62,364 nucleotides of DNA from Candidatus Woesearchaeota archaeon (lineage in GTDB: Archaea; Nanobdellota; Nanobdellia; Woesearchaeales; GW2011-AR4), in assembly GCA_016188245.1 (NCBI GenBank), contig JACPIE010000040.1:1-62364 (forward strand), given 5' to 3'. The notes under the pieces are model-generated. The model worked only from the letters and a program-made list of their open reading frames with translations. It was not told where the DNA came from and ran no database searches. Below are positions 37,627-47,573 of the stretch, in pieces. Position 1 is the first letter of the stretch. Each line of letters opens with the position of its first letter. The translations under genes and the position numbers were made by a program.

Positions 37627-38700
37627 ATGAAAAAATTAAGGGCTGGAGTTTTGGGAGCTACCGGAATGGTTGGGCAAAGGTTTGTCAGCTTATTGGAAAA
37701 TCACCCATGGTTTGAAGTAGCCTGCACCGCAGCTTCGCCAAGCTCAGCGGGAAAAGCGTATCAAGAGGCTGTAGAGGGCAGGTGGAAGATGCAAAGCGCA
37801 ATCCCGAATTCAGTTTCAAATCTAATTGTAAAAAGAGCGGAAGAAGATATTGATGAGGTATGCAAAGAGGCTGATTTTGTATTTTCAGCCTTGGACATGG
37901 ACAAGCAGAAGATAAGAGAGATAGAGGAAGCCTATGCATCGATGGGGATGCCTATTGTATCAAATAACTCATCACACAGGTGGACAGATGATGTGCCCAT
38001 GATAATACCGGAAATAAATCCCGAGCATGTGAAACTGATAGAGATTCAGCGCAAAAACAGAAAGTGGAAAAAAGGATTCATCGCAGTCAAGCCGAACTGC
38101 TCAATACAGTCCTATATCCCAGTGATAAGGGCATTGGAAAAGTACAAGCCAAAAAGAGTTTTGGTTACAACAATGCAGGCAGTTTCAGGGGCAGGCAGGA
38201 CTCTTGAGGGATGGCCTGAGATGCAGGAGAATGTAAATCCTTTTATAAGAAATGAGGAAGAAAAATCCGAGAAGGAGCCTATGAAGATACTTGGGAAAAT
38301 AGTGAATGGGAAAATTAAACTTGCCAAAAGCCCCAAAATATCAGCCACATGCATAAGAGTGCCTGTAGAAGACGGCCATATGGCAAGCGTGGAAATTCAG
38401 TTCGGCAGGAAAATAAATGAAAAGCAGTTTGTTGACGGGATTGAAAAGTACAACCCGATTGCAAAATTAAAATTACCCAGCTCTCCTGAAAAATTCATCA
38501 AATATTTTAATGAAGAGGACAGGCCGCAGACAAGACTGGACAGGAACTTCGGCAACGGAATGGGAATACCAGTAGGCAGGCTGAGAAAAGACTATTTTGG
38601 CTGGAAGTTTGTTGCATTGTCCCACAACACAATAAGGGGGGCGGCTGGAGGGGCCATATTACTGGCTGAGCTGCTGAAGGCAAAAGGATATCTTAATTAA
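37627..38700 (+). CDS. asd: Aspartate-semialdehyde dehydrogenase
   Basis: GATGMVG, PNCS, QAVSGAG, HNTIRGAAG. Confidence 0.96.
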   Translation: MKKLRAGVLGATGMVGQRFVSLLENHPWFEVACTAASPSSAGKAYQEAVEGRWKMQSAIPNSVSNLIVKRAEEDIDEVCKEADFVFSALDMDKQKIREIEEAYASMGMPIVSNNSSHRWTDDVPMIIPEINPEHVKLIEIQRKNRKWKKGFIAVKPNCSIQSYIPVIRALEKYKPKRVLVTTMQAVSGAGRTLEGWPEMQENVNPFIRNEEEKSEKEPMKILGKIVNGKIKLAKSPKISATCIRVPVEDGHMASVEIQFGRKINEKQFVDGIEKYNPIAKLKLPSSPEKFIKYFNEEDRPQTRLDRNFGNGMGIPVGRLRKDYFGWKFVALSHNTIRGAAGGAILLAELLKAKGYLN

Positions 38701-38750
38701 AATTCAGGTAAAATTTAAATACAAGTTATAAAAAATAAAAAGTAAGTGGT

Positions 38751-39158
38751 ATGAACATGGAAAAAGAGAGTAGGGGGGGCTATTGTATTGCTGTAGATGG
38801 CAACGCTCTTTCTCTAATAAGGGTATGTGCTACGCAGCATTTAATGGGAGACTCAATGTTTACACGCTTGCATTCAATACTAGGTGGAACCGATTTGTAT
38901 GGAGCATATATTGGTGTATTAGGTAAATCGGATATTTCAGAAGGAACAAGAGAAGCACGCATGAGGTCTGCGAGAATGTTGCTTCGACATGAGCAACAGA
39001 GACCGAGATTGGGAAGTGTGACTGATGCAGAACCTGCTGTTATAGTAGAAGAAGGTGGTTTAGCAGTTGTTGTTGCTGGAGCTGGTTCAGATGTAGGAGT
39101 GTTGATGCATTCTGGACAATATGGCGTCAGAACCCAATACGATTCCGGCGGATATTAG
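38751..39158 (+). CDS. Hypothetical protein
   Basis: 135-aa ORF with atypical codon usage. Confidence 0.5.
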   Translation: MNMEKESRGGYCIAVDGNALSLIRVCATQHLMGDSMFTRLHSILGGTDLYGAYIGVLGKSDISEGTREARMRSARMLLRHEQQRPRLGSVTDAEPAVIVEEGGLAVVVAGAGSDVGVLMHSGQYGVRTQYDSGGY

Positions 39159-39207
39159 TCAAATTCTTTCCACAATCTTTATATAATGTTTTCAGTTTTT
39201 TCATCCT

Positions 39208-40890
39208 ATGGAAAAATATGCCGTCAAGAACAAGGGCGAGGACAAATTCTGGGCGGACCAGGTAGCTGATGACGTAATTGAAAGGGTTGAAAGCAGCGAG
39301 TTTCTGAAAAGCCTTGCAAAAAAACATGGTTATATTGCATATGACGAGAAAACCCCGTCAGGCACCATCCACATCGGCTCAGGCAGGGGATGGATAATCC
39401 ATGATGCAATTGCAAAGGCTCTAAGGGACAAAGGAGTGAAAGCAAGATTCATCCTGAGCAGCGATGATACAGACACTTTGGACAAGCCGTCAAAAGAATT
39501 AAGCAAAGAAGATAATGAAAAATATAGGGGGATGTCCTTCAGGGATATTCCGAGCCCGGTTAAGGGATACAAGCACTTTGGCGATTATTATTTCAGGCAA
39601 TGTACGGAATTGTTTCCAGAATTTGGGATAGAAGCAGAGCTTGAGAGTACCGGAGATGAGTATTGCAAAGGCTCATTCAACAAGACAATAAAAATTGCGC
39701 TAGACAACGCTGACAAAATACAAAAAATTTATGCAGAATTATACGGAGAAGATGTTGCTTCTGCAAATAAGCTGCCATTCAATGTAAAATGCCCGGAATG
39801 CAGGAAGATTGCAACTACAATTGCTCTTGAATGGGACAAGGAAAAAGAAAAATTGTATTTTGAATGCAAAGAAGGAGTCGTAGAATGGGCGAAAGGATGC
39901 GGCCACAATGGATGGATATCGCCTTATGACGGAAACGGCAAGTTTCCATGGAAAGTCGAATGGGCTGCAAAATGGCCCACAAAATCGGTTATCGTTGAAA
40001 CAGCGGGCAAGGACCATTTCACAAAAGGCGGCTCAAGAACTGCAGCGTGCCGTTTCGCAGTTGATGTTTTTAGTTATCCCCCGCCTTACCCTTCAGACGG
40101 TTATGAAACTGGCCCGGGCTACGAATTTTTTAATGTCGGCGGCAAGAAGATGTCCACATCCAAAGGGCAGGGGCTGGGATTTGCTGATTCCGTAAATTAT
40201 GCTCCGGCCAAGATGCTGAGGTTCATGCTCATAAGAACAAGGCCGAATGCTGCGATTGACTTCGAGCCGTATGGCTCAAATGACCTGATTTTGCTGTATG
40301 AAAGGTACGACCAAGCAGAGAGGGTTTATTTCAACAAAGAGGATTTGGGGGAAAAAGAAAACAGAAGGCAGAAAAGGATTTATCAGCTGAGCCATATCGG
40401 AAAAATTCCGGACAGGTTTCCCCCGCAGGTAAGCTTATTGCATGCTTCCATGCTTGTCCAGATGTTTGAAAGTGAACACCAGATGATTGAATCGCTGCAA
40501 AAGACCGGCCAGCTTCCGGCGCATGCGCCCGAAGAAGAATTGGAGTGCATAAAAGAAAGGCTGAATTTTGCCAGGAAATGGGTCAAGGAATTTGCAGACG
40601 AGCAATATAGGTTCAAGCTGCAGCATAAGGCTCCGGAAGGGCTGCGCCTGGAGCACAAGCAGAAGAAAGCGCTGCATGAAATTGCCAGGCTGCTAAAGGA
40701 AAAGGAGTATGACGAAAAATTGTTATTCAATGAATTCTACAATGTCTCGAAGGGGCTGCAGCTGAAGCCTGAAGAGTTCTTCACATCAGCTTACAAGGTT
40801 TTGCTTAACAAGGAAAGAGGTCCGAAGCTTGCGCCTTTCATAATTGCAGTCGGAAAAGAGAAGGTGATTAGGCTATTCGAGAGTGTTTAG
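39208..40890 (+). CDS. lysS: Lysyl-tRNA synthetase, class I
   Basis: PSGTIHIG, WKVEW, GKDH, KMSTSKG, GPKL. Confidence 0.96.
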   Translation: MEKYAVKNKGEDKFWADQVADDVIERVESSEFLKSLAKKHGYIAYDEKTPSGTIHIGSGRGWIIHDAIAKALRDKGVKARFILSSDDTDTLDKPSKELSKEDNEKYRGMSFRDIPSPVKGYKHFGDYYFRQCTELFPEFGIEAELESTGDEYCKGSFNKTIKIALDNADKIQKIYAELYGEDVASANKLPFNVKCPECRKIATTIALEWDKEKEKLYFECKEGVVEWAKGCGHNGWISPYDGNGKFPWKVEWAAKWPTKSVIVETAGKDHFTKGGSRTAACRFAVDVFSYPPPYPSDGYETGPGYEFFNVGGKKMSTSKGQGLGFADSVNYAPAKMLRFMLIRTRPNAAIDFEPYGSNDLILLYERYDQAERVYFNKEDLGEKENRRQKRIYQLSHIGKIPDRFPPQVSLLHASMLVQMFESEHQMIESLQKTGQLPAHAPEEELECIKERLNFARKWVKEFADEQYRFKLQHKAPEGLRLEHKQKKALHEIARLLKEKEYDEKLLFNEFYNVSKGLQLKPEEFFTSAYKVLLNKERGPKLAPFIIAVGKEKVIRLFESV

Positions 40891-42044
40891 GCTAATTTTT
40901 TGACTTCCCTATAAGCTTCTTTCAGCGGAATTTTCTTGCTTTTGGCAATTCTGGCGCAATCCTCATATTCAGGCATTGCGTTTTTTACTTCCCCATTTGA
41001 TTTAGAAATTTTTATCCTTGCATTGCCGTATTTTGTCTTTATTGTTTTGATTTCTCTGTCAAGCTTTTTTCTTGTTGCGGCATGAATCCTGACGCCAAGA
41101 GTTGTTGTCTCGTCAAAAATGATGCCGCAAATCCTGTCAGTGTCCTTAATTTCACACAATGCGCTCAGCTTTACAGCAGGCCGCCCTTTTTTCATTGTAA
41201 TGTTTGTAAGATAAGCATCCAAAGCGCCGTTATCCATCAGCCTGTCCACAACATAAGGATAAATTTCCGGGTTCATATTGTCAATGTTTGTTTCAATGAT
41301 GTTTATGTTGTCATTCTGATTTTTATCCAATTCACCCAAAAAAACCCTCAAAACGTTCGGATGCCCAAGCTCTTTTGCTCCGGCGCCATAGCCGATTTTT
41401 TCAATTTTCATGGAAGGCATGCCTCCAAAATTATCGCAAAGGCAAGATATAATTGCAGCGCCTGTGGGGGTTACTAGCTCCGCTTCAGTGTTGTTGTGAT
41501 AGACCGGAACATTCTTTAGAATCTCCGATGTCGCAGGGGCAGGCACGGGCCATTTGCCGTGGGAAAATTCGACAAATCCGGTGCCGACATTGAGTTTTGA
41601 GCAATAAATTTTCCCTATGTTCAATTTTTTCAGGCCGATAACAGCTCCGGCCACATCAATCATCGTGTCAATCGCGCCAATCTCGTGGAAGTGGATTTTG
41701 CCGATCGGCTTGTTGTGGATTTTGGATTCTGCAGCTGCAATTTTCATGAATATTTTTTTAATCGTGCTTTTTGCTTCATTCTCCAGTTTTGAATTTTCTA
41801 TTATTTTGTTGATTTTCTTCAGATTGCTCTCTTCATGATGGTGCGCATGTTTTTCAATCACGTCGAATTTTGTTGCGGAAATTCCGCTTTTGATTGTTTT
41901 TGTTGACTCAATTGTATATCCCTTCAAATTTAATTTTTCCAGCTCTTTTCTTAAAAAGCTGATGTCCAGTCCTAAGTCAATCAGCGCCCCTGTTATCATA
42001 TCGCCGCTGATTCCTGAAAAGCAGTCAAAGTAAGCGGTTTTCAT
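40887..42044 (-). CDS. larC: Nickel-pincer cofactor nickel insertase, single-ORF form
   Basis: DCFSGISGDM, His-rich patch, HFHEIGAID, PVPAPAT, ETNIDN, MKKGRP, PEYED. Confidence 0.95.
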   Translation of the reverse strand: MKTAYFDCFSGISGDMITGALIDLGLDISFLRKELEKLNLKGYTIESTKTIKSGISATKFDVIEKHAHHHEESNLKKINKIIENSKLENEAKSTIKKIFMKIAAAESKIHNKPIGKIHFHEIGAIDTMIDVAGAVIGLKKLNIGKIYCSKLNVGTGFVEFSHGKWPVPAPATSEILKNVPVYHNNTEAELVTPTGAAIISCLCDNFGGMPSMKIEKIGYGAGAKELGHPNVLRVFLGELDKNQNDNINIIETNIDNMNPEIYPYVVDRLMDNGALDAYLTNITMKKGRPAVKLSALCEIKDTDRICGIIFDETTTLGVRIHAATRKKLDREIKTIKTKYGNARIKISKSNGEVKNAMPEYEDCARIAKSKKIPLKEAYREVKKLA

Positions 42045-42049
42045 AAAAG

Positions 42050-42790
42050 TCACTTGTTCACCAGGCTTGCAAAATATCCTGCCCCGAATCCGTTGTCAAT
42101 GTTGACCACAACAACTCCCGGTGAGCATGAATTTAGCATCGTCAATAGCGGAGCTATCCCTTTAAATGAAGCCCCATATCCTACAGAAGTCGGAACAGCT
42201 ATTATCGGCTTTCCGAAGATGCCGGACACCACGCTTGGCAGCACACCATCCATGCCGGCAACAACTACAAGCACATTGGCATCATCAATCTTTTCCTTGC
42301 TGCTTAGTAATCTGTGCAATCCTGCAACCCCTACATCATAGATTCTTTCCACATGGCTGCCCATCGCCTCTGCTACAACCGCAGCTTCCTCTGCAACAGG
42401 CATGTCTGACGTTCCTGCGCTCAGCACAATTATCCTGCCTTTTTTCAGCTTTTTATTTTTGTTTATAATCATGGTTTTTGATATTTCATTGTATTGCGCA
42501 TTCTTAAAATGTTTTCTTGCTTCATTGAACATTTCTTCCGTTGCCCTTGTTGCAAGAACCTGGGAATTTCTTTCAGCAAGCTTTTTCACAATAGCGGCAA
42601 CCTGCTTTGTTGTCTTATTCTGGCAGAACACGACTTCCGGAAAGCCTTTCCTTAGCGCCCTGTGGTGGTCTAATTTTGCAAAGCTCAGATCCTCAAAGGG
42701 CAGAAATTTGAGCTCTTTCATGGCTTCGCCTGCATCCATCTTCCTGCTTGCAACGTTTTTTATTATTTTCCGTATCTGGCTTTCCTGCAT
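42050..42790 (-). CDS. larB: Nickel-pincer cofactor carboxylase/hydrolase
   Basis: DHHRALRKGFPE, AGTSD, DVGVAGLHRL, PTSVGYG, VNIDNGFGA. Confidence 0.96.
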   Translation of the reverse strand: MQESQIRKIIKNVASRKMDAGEAMKELKFLPFEDLSFAKLDHHRALRKGFPEVVFCQNKTTKQVAAIVKKLAERNSQVLATRATEEMFNEARKHFKNAQYNEISKTMIINKNKKLKKGRIIVLSAGTSDMPVAEEAAVVAEAMGSHVERIYDVGVAGLHRLLSSKEKIDDANVLVVVAGMDGVLPSVVSGIFGKPIIAVPTSVGYGASFKGIAPLLTMLNSCSPGVVVVNIDNGFGAGYFASLVNK

Positions 42791-42791
42791 T

Positions 42792-43595
42792 TTAGTTTTG
42801 CATCATTAAGTTCAAATTTCCGCTTTTGAAATTCGAGACTGTTATTTCACTGAATCCGATTTCATTGAATTTCTTCCTTATTGAATCAATATTTGAATCA
42901 ACTGCCTGCCTGCCATTTTCTTTGACTTCCACCCTTGCAGCATTGCCGAAATGCCTCACCCTTAATTCAGGAATGCCAATCTCCTTCAGGAAGTTTTCAG
43001 CCTGCTCTATCATCGCCAGCTTTTTCATTGTTATTTCCTGCCCGTAAGGCACTCTTGAAGACAGGCACGGGCTTGCCGGCTTGTCCCATGCATCTAATCC
43101 AAAATGTTTTGCAAGCTCTCTCACTTCCTGTTTTGTGAATCCTGCCTCTTTCAGCGGGCTTAAAATTTGATGCTCGTCTGCTGCCTGCAGGCCCGGCCTG
43201 TAATCTTCCAAATCATCAAGGTTTGTGCCGTTCAAAATGTTTTTGACTCCGAGCTGTTTTGACAGCTCTTTCAATTTAATGTACAATTCGCTTTTGCAGT
43301 AATAGCACCTGTTGTTCGGGTTTTTGAGGTAATTTTCATTTTCTGTCTCCTTTGTTTCGATTATTAAATGCCTTGCCCCAATCTGCATTGCAATTCTTTT
43401 TGCTTCTTCGAGCTCCCTTCTCGGCAATGACGGGCTGTCTGCAGTTGCTGCAATTGCTTTTTCTCCCAGCGCATCGTAAGCAACTTTAAGCAGCAAAGTG
43501 CTGTCTGTCCCGCCTGAAAAAGCCACTATGGCGCTGTCAATTTTTTTGACTGAATCTTTCAGTTGTTGGTATTTCTGCTTCAGCTGCTCGTTCAT
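42792..43595 (-). CDS. larE: Nickel-pincer cofactor sulfur transferase (CxxC...C type)
   Basis: SGGTDS PP-loop, RCYYCK, DYRPG, PCLSSR. Confidence 0.94.
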   Translation of the reverse strand: MNEQLKQKYQQLKDSVKKIDSAIVAFSGGTDSTLLLKVAYDALGEKAIAATADSPSLPRRELEEAKRIAMQIGARHLIIETKETENENYLKNPNNRCYYCKSELYIKLKELSKQLGVKNILNGTNLDDLEDYRPGLQAADEHQILSPLKEAGFTKQEVRELAKHFGLDAWDKPASPCLSSRVPYGQEITMKKLAMIEQAENFLKEIGIPELRVRHFGNAARVEVKENGRQAVDSNIDSIRKKFNEIGFSEITVSNFKSGNLNLMMQN

Positions 43596-44263
43596 AGTAT
43601 CATTGCAAATCCTATTGTTATGCTTATCAGCCCTGTGCCGGCTCTCAATAATTGTTGGGCATTGTGCAGCCTGCTGCTCATTAATCTGAAAGGCAGCGAA
43701 ATGATTGCGCTTAAAAACATCATTCCAAGGATTGAGCCTGCCCCGAAAATGAGGATATATGCCAATCCTAATAAAGTTGACGGAATATCTGCCAAGATGA
43801 GCAATGTTAATGCAGCGCTCCCTGCAAGCCCGTGCACCAGCCCGATTACCAATGGCTTCTTGAATTGGATATGGCCATGCCCGTGATATTCTGCCAGTTT
43901 ATGCGAATGAAAATGAGCATGCTCAATATTTCCGTGCTTATGCCTGTGCAGGTGCATTTTTTCCCTCCTTATTGCAAGCAGTACGCTTATTCCCAGTATT
44001 ATGAGCATTGCAGCGACAATAAATTCAAGCGACAAAGCCAGCTTGTGGGGAATTTTGGTTTTTAGCAGCAGAACAGCCAAGCCTACTGCCAATAATGAGG
44101 CTGTATGCCCCAAGCCCCAAAACATCCCAAGCATTGAGGACTTGTTTATTGAAGAATGTCTTGATGATATTGCCGAAATGGCTGCAACATGGTCTATATC
44201 AAAAGCATGCCTCATCCCCGAAAAAAAGCCAAGCCCCAGCAGGCCTATAGGCATTAAATTCAT
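43592..44263 (-). CDS. UreH/HoxN-like nickel transporter
   Basis: HAFDIDH, WGLGH, His-rich loop, GLVHGLAGS. Confidence 0.9.
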   Translation of the reverse strand: MNLMPIGLLGLGFFSGMRHAFDIDHVAAISAISSRHSSINKSSMLGMFWGLGHTASLLAVGLAVLLLKTKIPHKLALSLEFIVAAMLIILGISVLLAIRREKMHLHRHKHGNIEHAHFHSHKLAEYHGHGHIQFKKPLVIGLVHGLAGSAALTLLILADIPSTLLGLAYILIFGAGSILGMMFLSAIISLPFRLMSSRLHNAQQLLRAGTGLISITIGFAMIL

Positions 44264-44293
44264 GAAATAAAATAATCCAGCATTGTATTTAAA

Positions 44294-44318
44294 TATTACG
44301 CTTTTTATAAGCGTGTTA
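44294..44318. promoter_or_regulatory. Candidate NikR operator
   Basis: TATTA-N15-TGTTA (TRWYA-N15-TRWYA type) between the divergent transporter and nikR. Confidence 0.5.
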
Positions 44319-44355
44319 CGAAAATTATTTAAATCAGCTGATAAGAAGCTGATGT

Positions 44356-44763
44356 ATGGACAGGGTCACAAGGACCGGAATCTCGTTTGAGCCGAAGTTG
44401 CTTAAGCTGTTTGACAGGTTCATAAGGGAGAAAGGTTACACAAACAGGTCAGAAGCGATAAACGACATAATAAGGGAAAGGCTGTTTCATCGCCGCCATG
44501 AGCAGGCTATCGGCACCATTAAAGTCACCTATGACCAGAGGATTGGGCATTACGGCAAGAATGTCTCGAACCTGCAGCACGATTACCACTGCCAGATCAT
44601 TTCTTCAATGCACACTTACCTGGACCACCACACCTGCCTGGAGCTAATTGTTGTCAAGGGAAAAGCCGACAGGGTCAATAAATTGCTGGAAAAGATTAAG
44701 AAGACAGAAGGTGTTAAGAAGGCTGAACTGGATTTGGAGAAACAAAAAAATTTTAGAGTATAA
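44356..44763 (+). CDS. nikR: Nickel-responsive regulator NikR
   Basis: RHH RTGIS...GYTNRSEAI; QH...HxYLDHHTCLE. Confidence 0.92.
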   Translation: MDRVTRTGISFEPKLLKLFDRFIREKGYTNRSEAINDIIRERLFHRRHEQAIGTIKVTYDQRIGHYGKNVSNLQHDYHCQIISSMHTYLDHHTCLELIVVKGKADRVNKLLEKIKKTEGVKKAELDLEKQKNFRV

Positions 44764-45049
44764 CCACCGAAGGGGCATATCTGAATTGCTGCATATTGAG
44801 TTCTGCCGCAAGCCTTCTTTCATTTGATGAGATATAATCAAGTACTCTTCCCATTGGCAATTCCAATGCCCCTAGTCCGCTTCTTTCATATAATTCGTCT
44901 GCTGCAGCTTCGGCTATGCTTCTGGGCATTCCAGGGTCTATGCTTGTCCTGCCTAGCCTGAATGCTGCCCTTGAATTAACTCGATGGCTCACTGTTTCGG
45001 CAATTTGGATGATGTCCTCCTGCTTCAATCTTTCATTTATGAATTGCAT
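44753..45049 (-). CDS. Hypothetical protein
   Basis: 98-aa ORF. Confidence 0.5.
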   Translation of the reverse strand: MQFINERLKQEDIIQIAETVSHRVNSRAAFRLGRTSIDPGMPRSIAEAAADELYERSGLGALELPMGRVLDYISSNERRLAAELNMQQFRYAPSVVIL

Positions 45050-45160
45050 TAATTATATGATCTATCTGTTTATTTATAAAAATTCCTAATTTTTGCAGAT
45101 ATCGCTAAAAACGGGATGGCATTAGAAAAACTTATAAACCATTTTCATTTCTGCCGCAGT

Positions 45161-45517
45161 ATGGGGAAATACCGCATGCTGGGTGGCAAAACAGTGATTG
45201 GACTGGCTGAAAAAGTCCGGATTCATCACCAGAAAGGCAGCAAGAGCGTCATTGCAAAAGTAGACACAGGGGCGACAAAGAGCTCGATTGACACGAACCT
45301 TGCTGCCGAGCTCAAGCTTGGCCCGGTAATAAAGTCGAAGCTTGTCAAGTCAGCCCACGGCTCAAAGCTAAGGCCGATAATTGAAGCTACAATTGAGCTG
45401 GCAGGGAAAAAAATAAAATCTGAATTCACGCTTGCTGACAGGGCCCACATGCAATACAGGATATTAATCGGGCAGAATATATTAAAAGACGGGTTTTTGA
45501 TTGACCCAACAAAATAG
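45161..45517 (+). CDS. RimK-associated retropepsin-like protease
   Basis: AKVDTGATKSSID, FTLADR, ILIG. Confidence 0.88.
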   Translation: MGKYRMLGGKTVIGLAEKVRIHHQKGSKSVIAKVDTGATKSSIDTNLAAELKLGPVIKSKLVKSAHGSKLRPIIEATIELAGKKIKSEFTLADRAHMQYRILIGQNILKDGFLIDPTK

Positions 45518-45644
45518 GTTAATAAATTCAAAGTCAGAAAATGAAAAAAACAAAAAAAAATGTAACGGATAATCATATTCTGAGCCTGATATTGTTTATC
45601 CGTGCGATTGATCTTGCGAAATCGCACTTGATTCCGCACTCAAC

Positions 45645-45695
45645 TCTCAAAAATCCAAGATTTTTGATGATGCTCGGAAATATTGATTTCCGACA
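45645..45695 (+). mobile_element. Two-hairpin element, copy C, nested within another hairpin
   Basis: TCTCAAAAATC-caa-GATTTTTGA TGATGC TCGGAAAT-attg-ATTTCCGACA, inside TTCCGC...GCGGAA. Confidence 0.72.
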
Positions 45696-45710
45696 TGGCG
45701 GAACAGTTTA

Positions 45711-46784
45711 ATGAAATCAGCTGTCATGTCATTGGGAAGCAAAAGCTCGCTGATGATAGTTGAAGCTATGAAGGGCTATTTTGATTCTGTGGAAAAAATT
45801 GACTTGAGGGATGTTGAGGTAAATTTAGGGGCAGGCAAGCTTGAAGTCATGTATGAAGGCAAGCAGCTTCCGCAGTATAGCTGCATTTATGCAAGGGGCT
45901 CTTTCAGATATGCCCCTTTGTTAAGGTCTGTGACAAGAACTTTGTACAGGAGCTCTTACATGCCAATAAGGGCAGAAACATTCACTTTGGGGCATGACAA
46001 ATTGCTTACTCACCTGGCCCTGCAGCAGTTCAGCATCCCAATGCCGACAACTTACCTTGCTTCCTCAACAAGGGCTGCAAAGAAAATTCTGAACGAAGTC
46101 AACTATCCGATTGTGCTGAAATTCCCCCATGGCACCCAAGGCAAGGGAGTCATGTTTGCAGAGAGCTTTGCAGCCGCCTCTTCCATGCTTGACGCATTGA
46201 TTGCCCTGAAGCAGCCGTTTCTGATACAGGAGTATATCGAGACAGGAGGCGTTGATGTGAGGGCTTTTGTTGTAGGCGACAAAATTGTTGCCTCGATGAA
46301 AAGGAAGGCTGTCAGGGGAGAAATGCGGGCCAATATACATGCGGGCGGGACAGGAGAGTCATGCACCCTTGACCAAAACACAAAAAGAATAGCGGTTGAC
46401 ACTGCAATCTCGATAGGGGCGGAAGTTTGCGCCGTGGACATGCTTGAAAGCCCGAAAGGGCCATTAGTCATAGAGGCTAACTTATCTCCGGGACTGCAGG
46501 GAATCACAAAAGCAACAGGGATTAATGTGGCTGACAAGATTGCAAAATACCTTTTTGAAAAGTCTGAAATTTTTTCTGCCCGGGACAGGGATGAAGCGAC
46601 TTTGAAGATATTTGAAGACCTCGGATTGAGCGGCGAGTTTGCGCAGCAAATCATCACAAACCTTGACTTCAGGGCTTCAAGAATTCTTCTGCCGAAGATT
46701 GTTACAGATATTGCACAGTTCGGCGAAAAAGACGAGGTTGTCCTGAAAGTTGAGAAGGGGAAACTGAGTGTGGAGAGGATTTAG
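45711..46784 (+). CDS. RimK/LysX-family ATP-grasp ligase with C-terminal extension
   Basis: DKLLT, GTQGKGV, QEYIE, DVRAFVVG, RANIHAGG, EANLSPG. Confidence 0.9.
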   Translation: MKSAVMSLGSKSSLMIVEAMKGYFDSVEKIDLRDVEVNLGAGKLEVMYEGKQLPQYSCIYARGSFRYAPLLRSVTRTLYRSSYMPIRAETFTLGHDKLLTHLALQQFSIPMPTTYLASSTRAAKKILNEVNYPIVLKFPHGTQGKGVMFAESFAAASSMLDALIALKQPFLIQEYIETGGVDVRAFVVGDKIVASMKRKAVRGEMRANIHAGGTGESCTLDQNTKRIAVDTAISIGAEVCAVDMLESPKGPLVIEANLSPGLQGITKATGINVADKIAKYLFEKSEIFSARDRDEATLKIFEDLGLSGEFAQQIITNLDFRASRILLPKIVTDIAQFGEKDEVVLKVEKGKLSVERI

Positions 46785-46830
46785 ATTTTAAAATTATAGA
46801 TTGTTCATTAATAACTTAAGATAAAATATA

Positions 46831-47256
46831 ATGGACTATAACGAATATCTCAAATCTAAAGACTGGCAAAAATTGAGGACGAGAGCATTAAAAAGAGCCA
46901 ATTATAAGTGTGAATTTTGCGGAACAGTGGCTAAAATGATTCACCATGTCGAATACTTAAAAAAAGAAAATAGTGAAATTGAAAATATTAACCATCTAAT
47001 CGCTTGTTGCAGGAAATGTCACGACTTAAGTCATGGTATCCGTAATGATAAACCTATCATAAAAAATTTGGGGCAGAAACTAACGGATACTATCAATTTC
47101 TGTTTAAGGCTGAAAATAAATAGTGATATTATGAATGCGTTGGCAAAGAATCATGATTTTTTAGAATTTAATAGAAAAAAGAAACTTCGCATTTTGGAGG
47201 AGATTAAGAAAAAACCTTACAGAGAAATGTCTAACATTATTGAAACTAACTTATAA
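46831..47256 (+). CDS. HNH endonuclease
   Basis: YLKSKDW...CEFC...HH...CRKCHDLSH. Confidence 0.85.
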   Translation: MDYNEYLKSKDWQKLRTRALKRANYKCEFCGTVAKMIHHVEYLKKENSEIENINHLIACCRKCHDLSHGIRNDKPIIKNLGQKLTDTINFCLRLKINSDIMNALAKNHDFLEFNRKKKLRILEEIKKKPYREMSNIIETNL

Positions 47257-47353
47257 AACAAAAACTCATTTCTTGTCACAATCACATAAAACCATAACCT
47301 TTATATGTTAGTTATACTCTACATCTAATTATTATATTGAAAGTATAACTAAA

Positions 47354-47572
47354 ATGATGATATTAAAAACAAGAAAATGGGGGAGTTCAATAGGAATGGT
47401 TATTCCACAAAAAGTAGTTAAAGAGCTTAAAATCAGGGAAAACCAGGATATTATTGTAGATATAAAGCCAAAAGAGAACCCATTAAGAGAGTTGTTTGGC
47501 TCAGCAAGATTAAGCAAGCCAACAGAACAGCTGTTAAAAGAAATTCGAGGAAAAGAGAGCAAATACATTTAA
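47354..47572 (+). CDS. AbrB/MazE-type antitoxin
   Basis: RKWGSSIGMVIP. Confidence 0.88.
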   Translation: MMILKTRKWGSSIGMVIPQKVVKELKIRENQDIIVDIKPKENPLRELFGSARLSKPTEQLLKEIRGKESKYI

Positions 47573-47573
47573 T

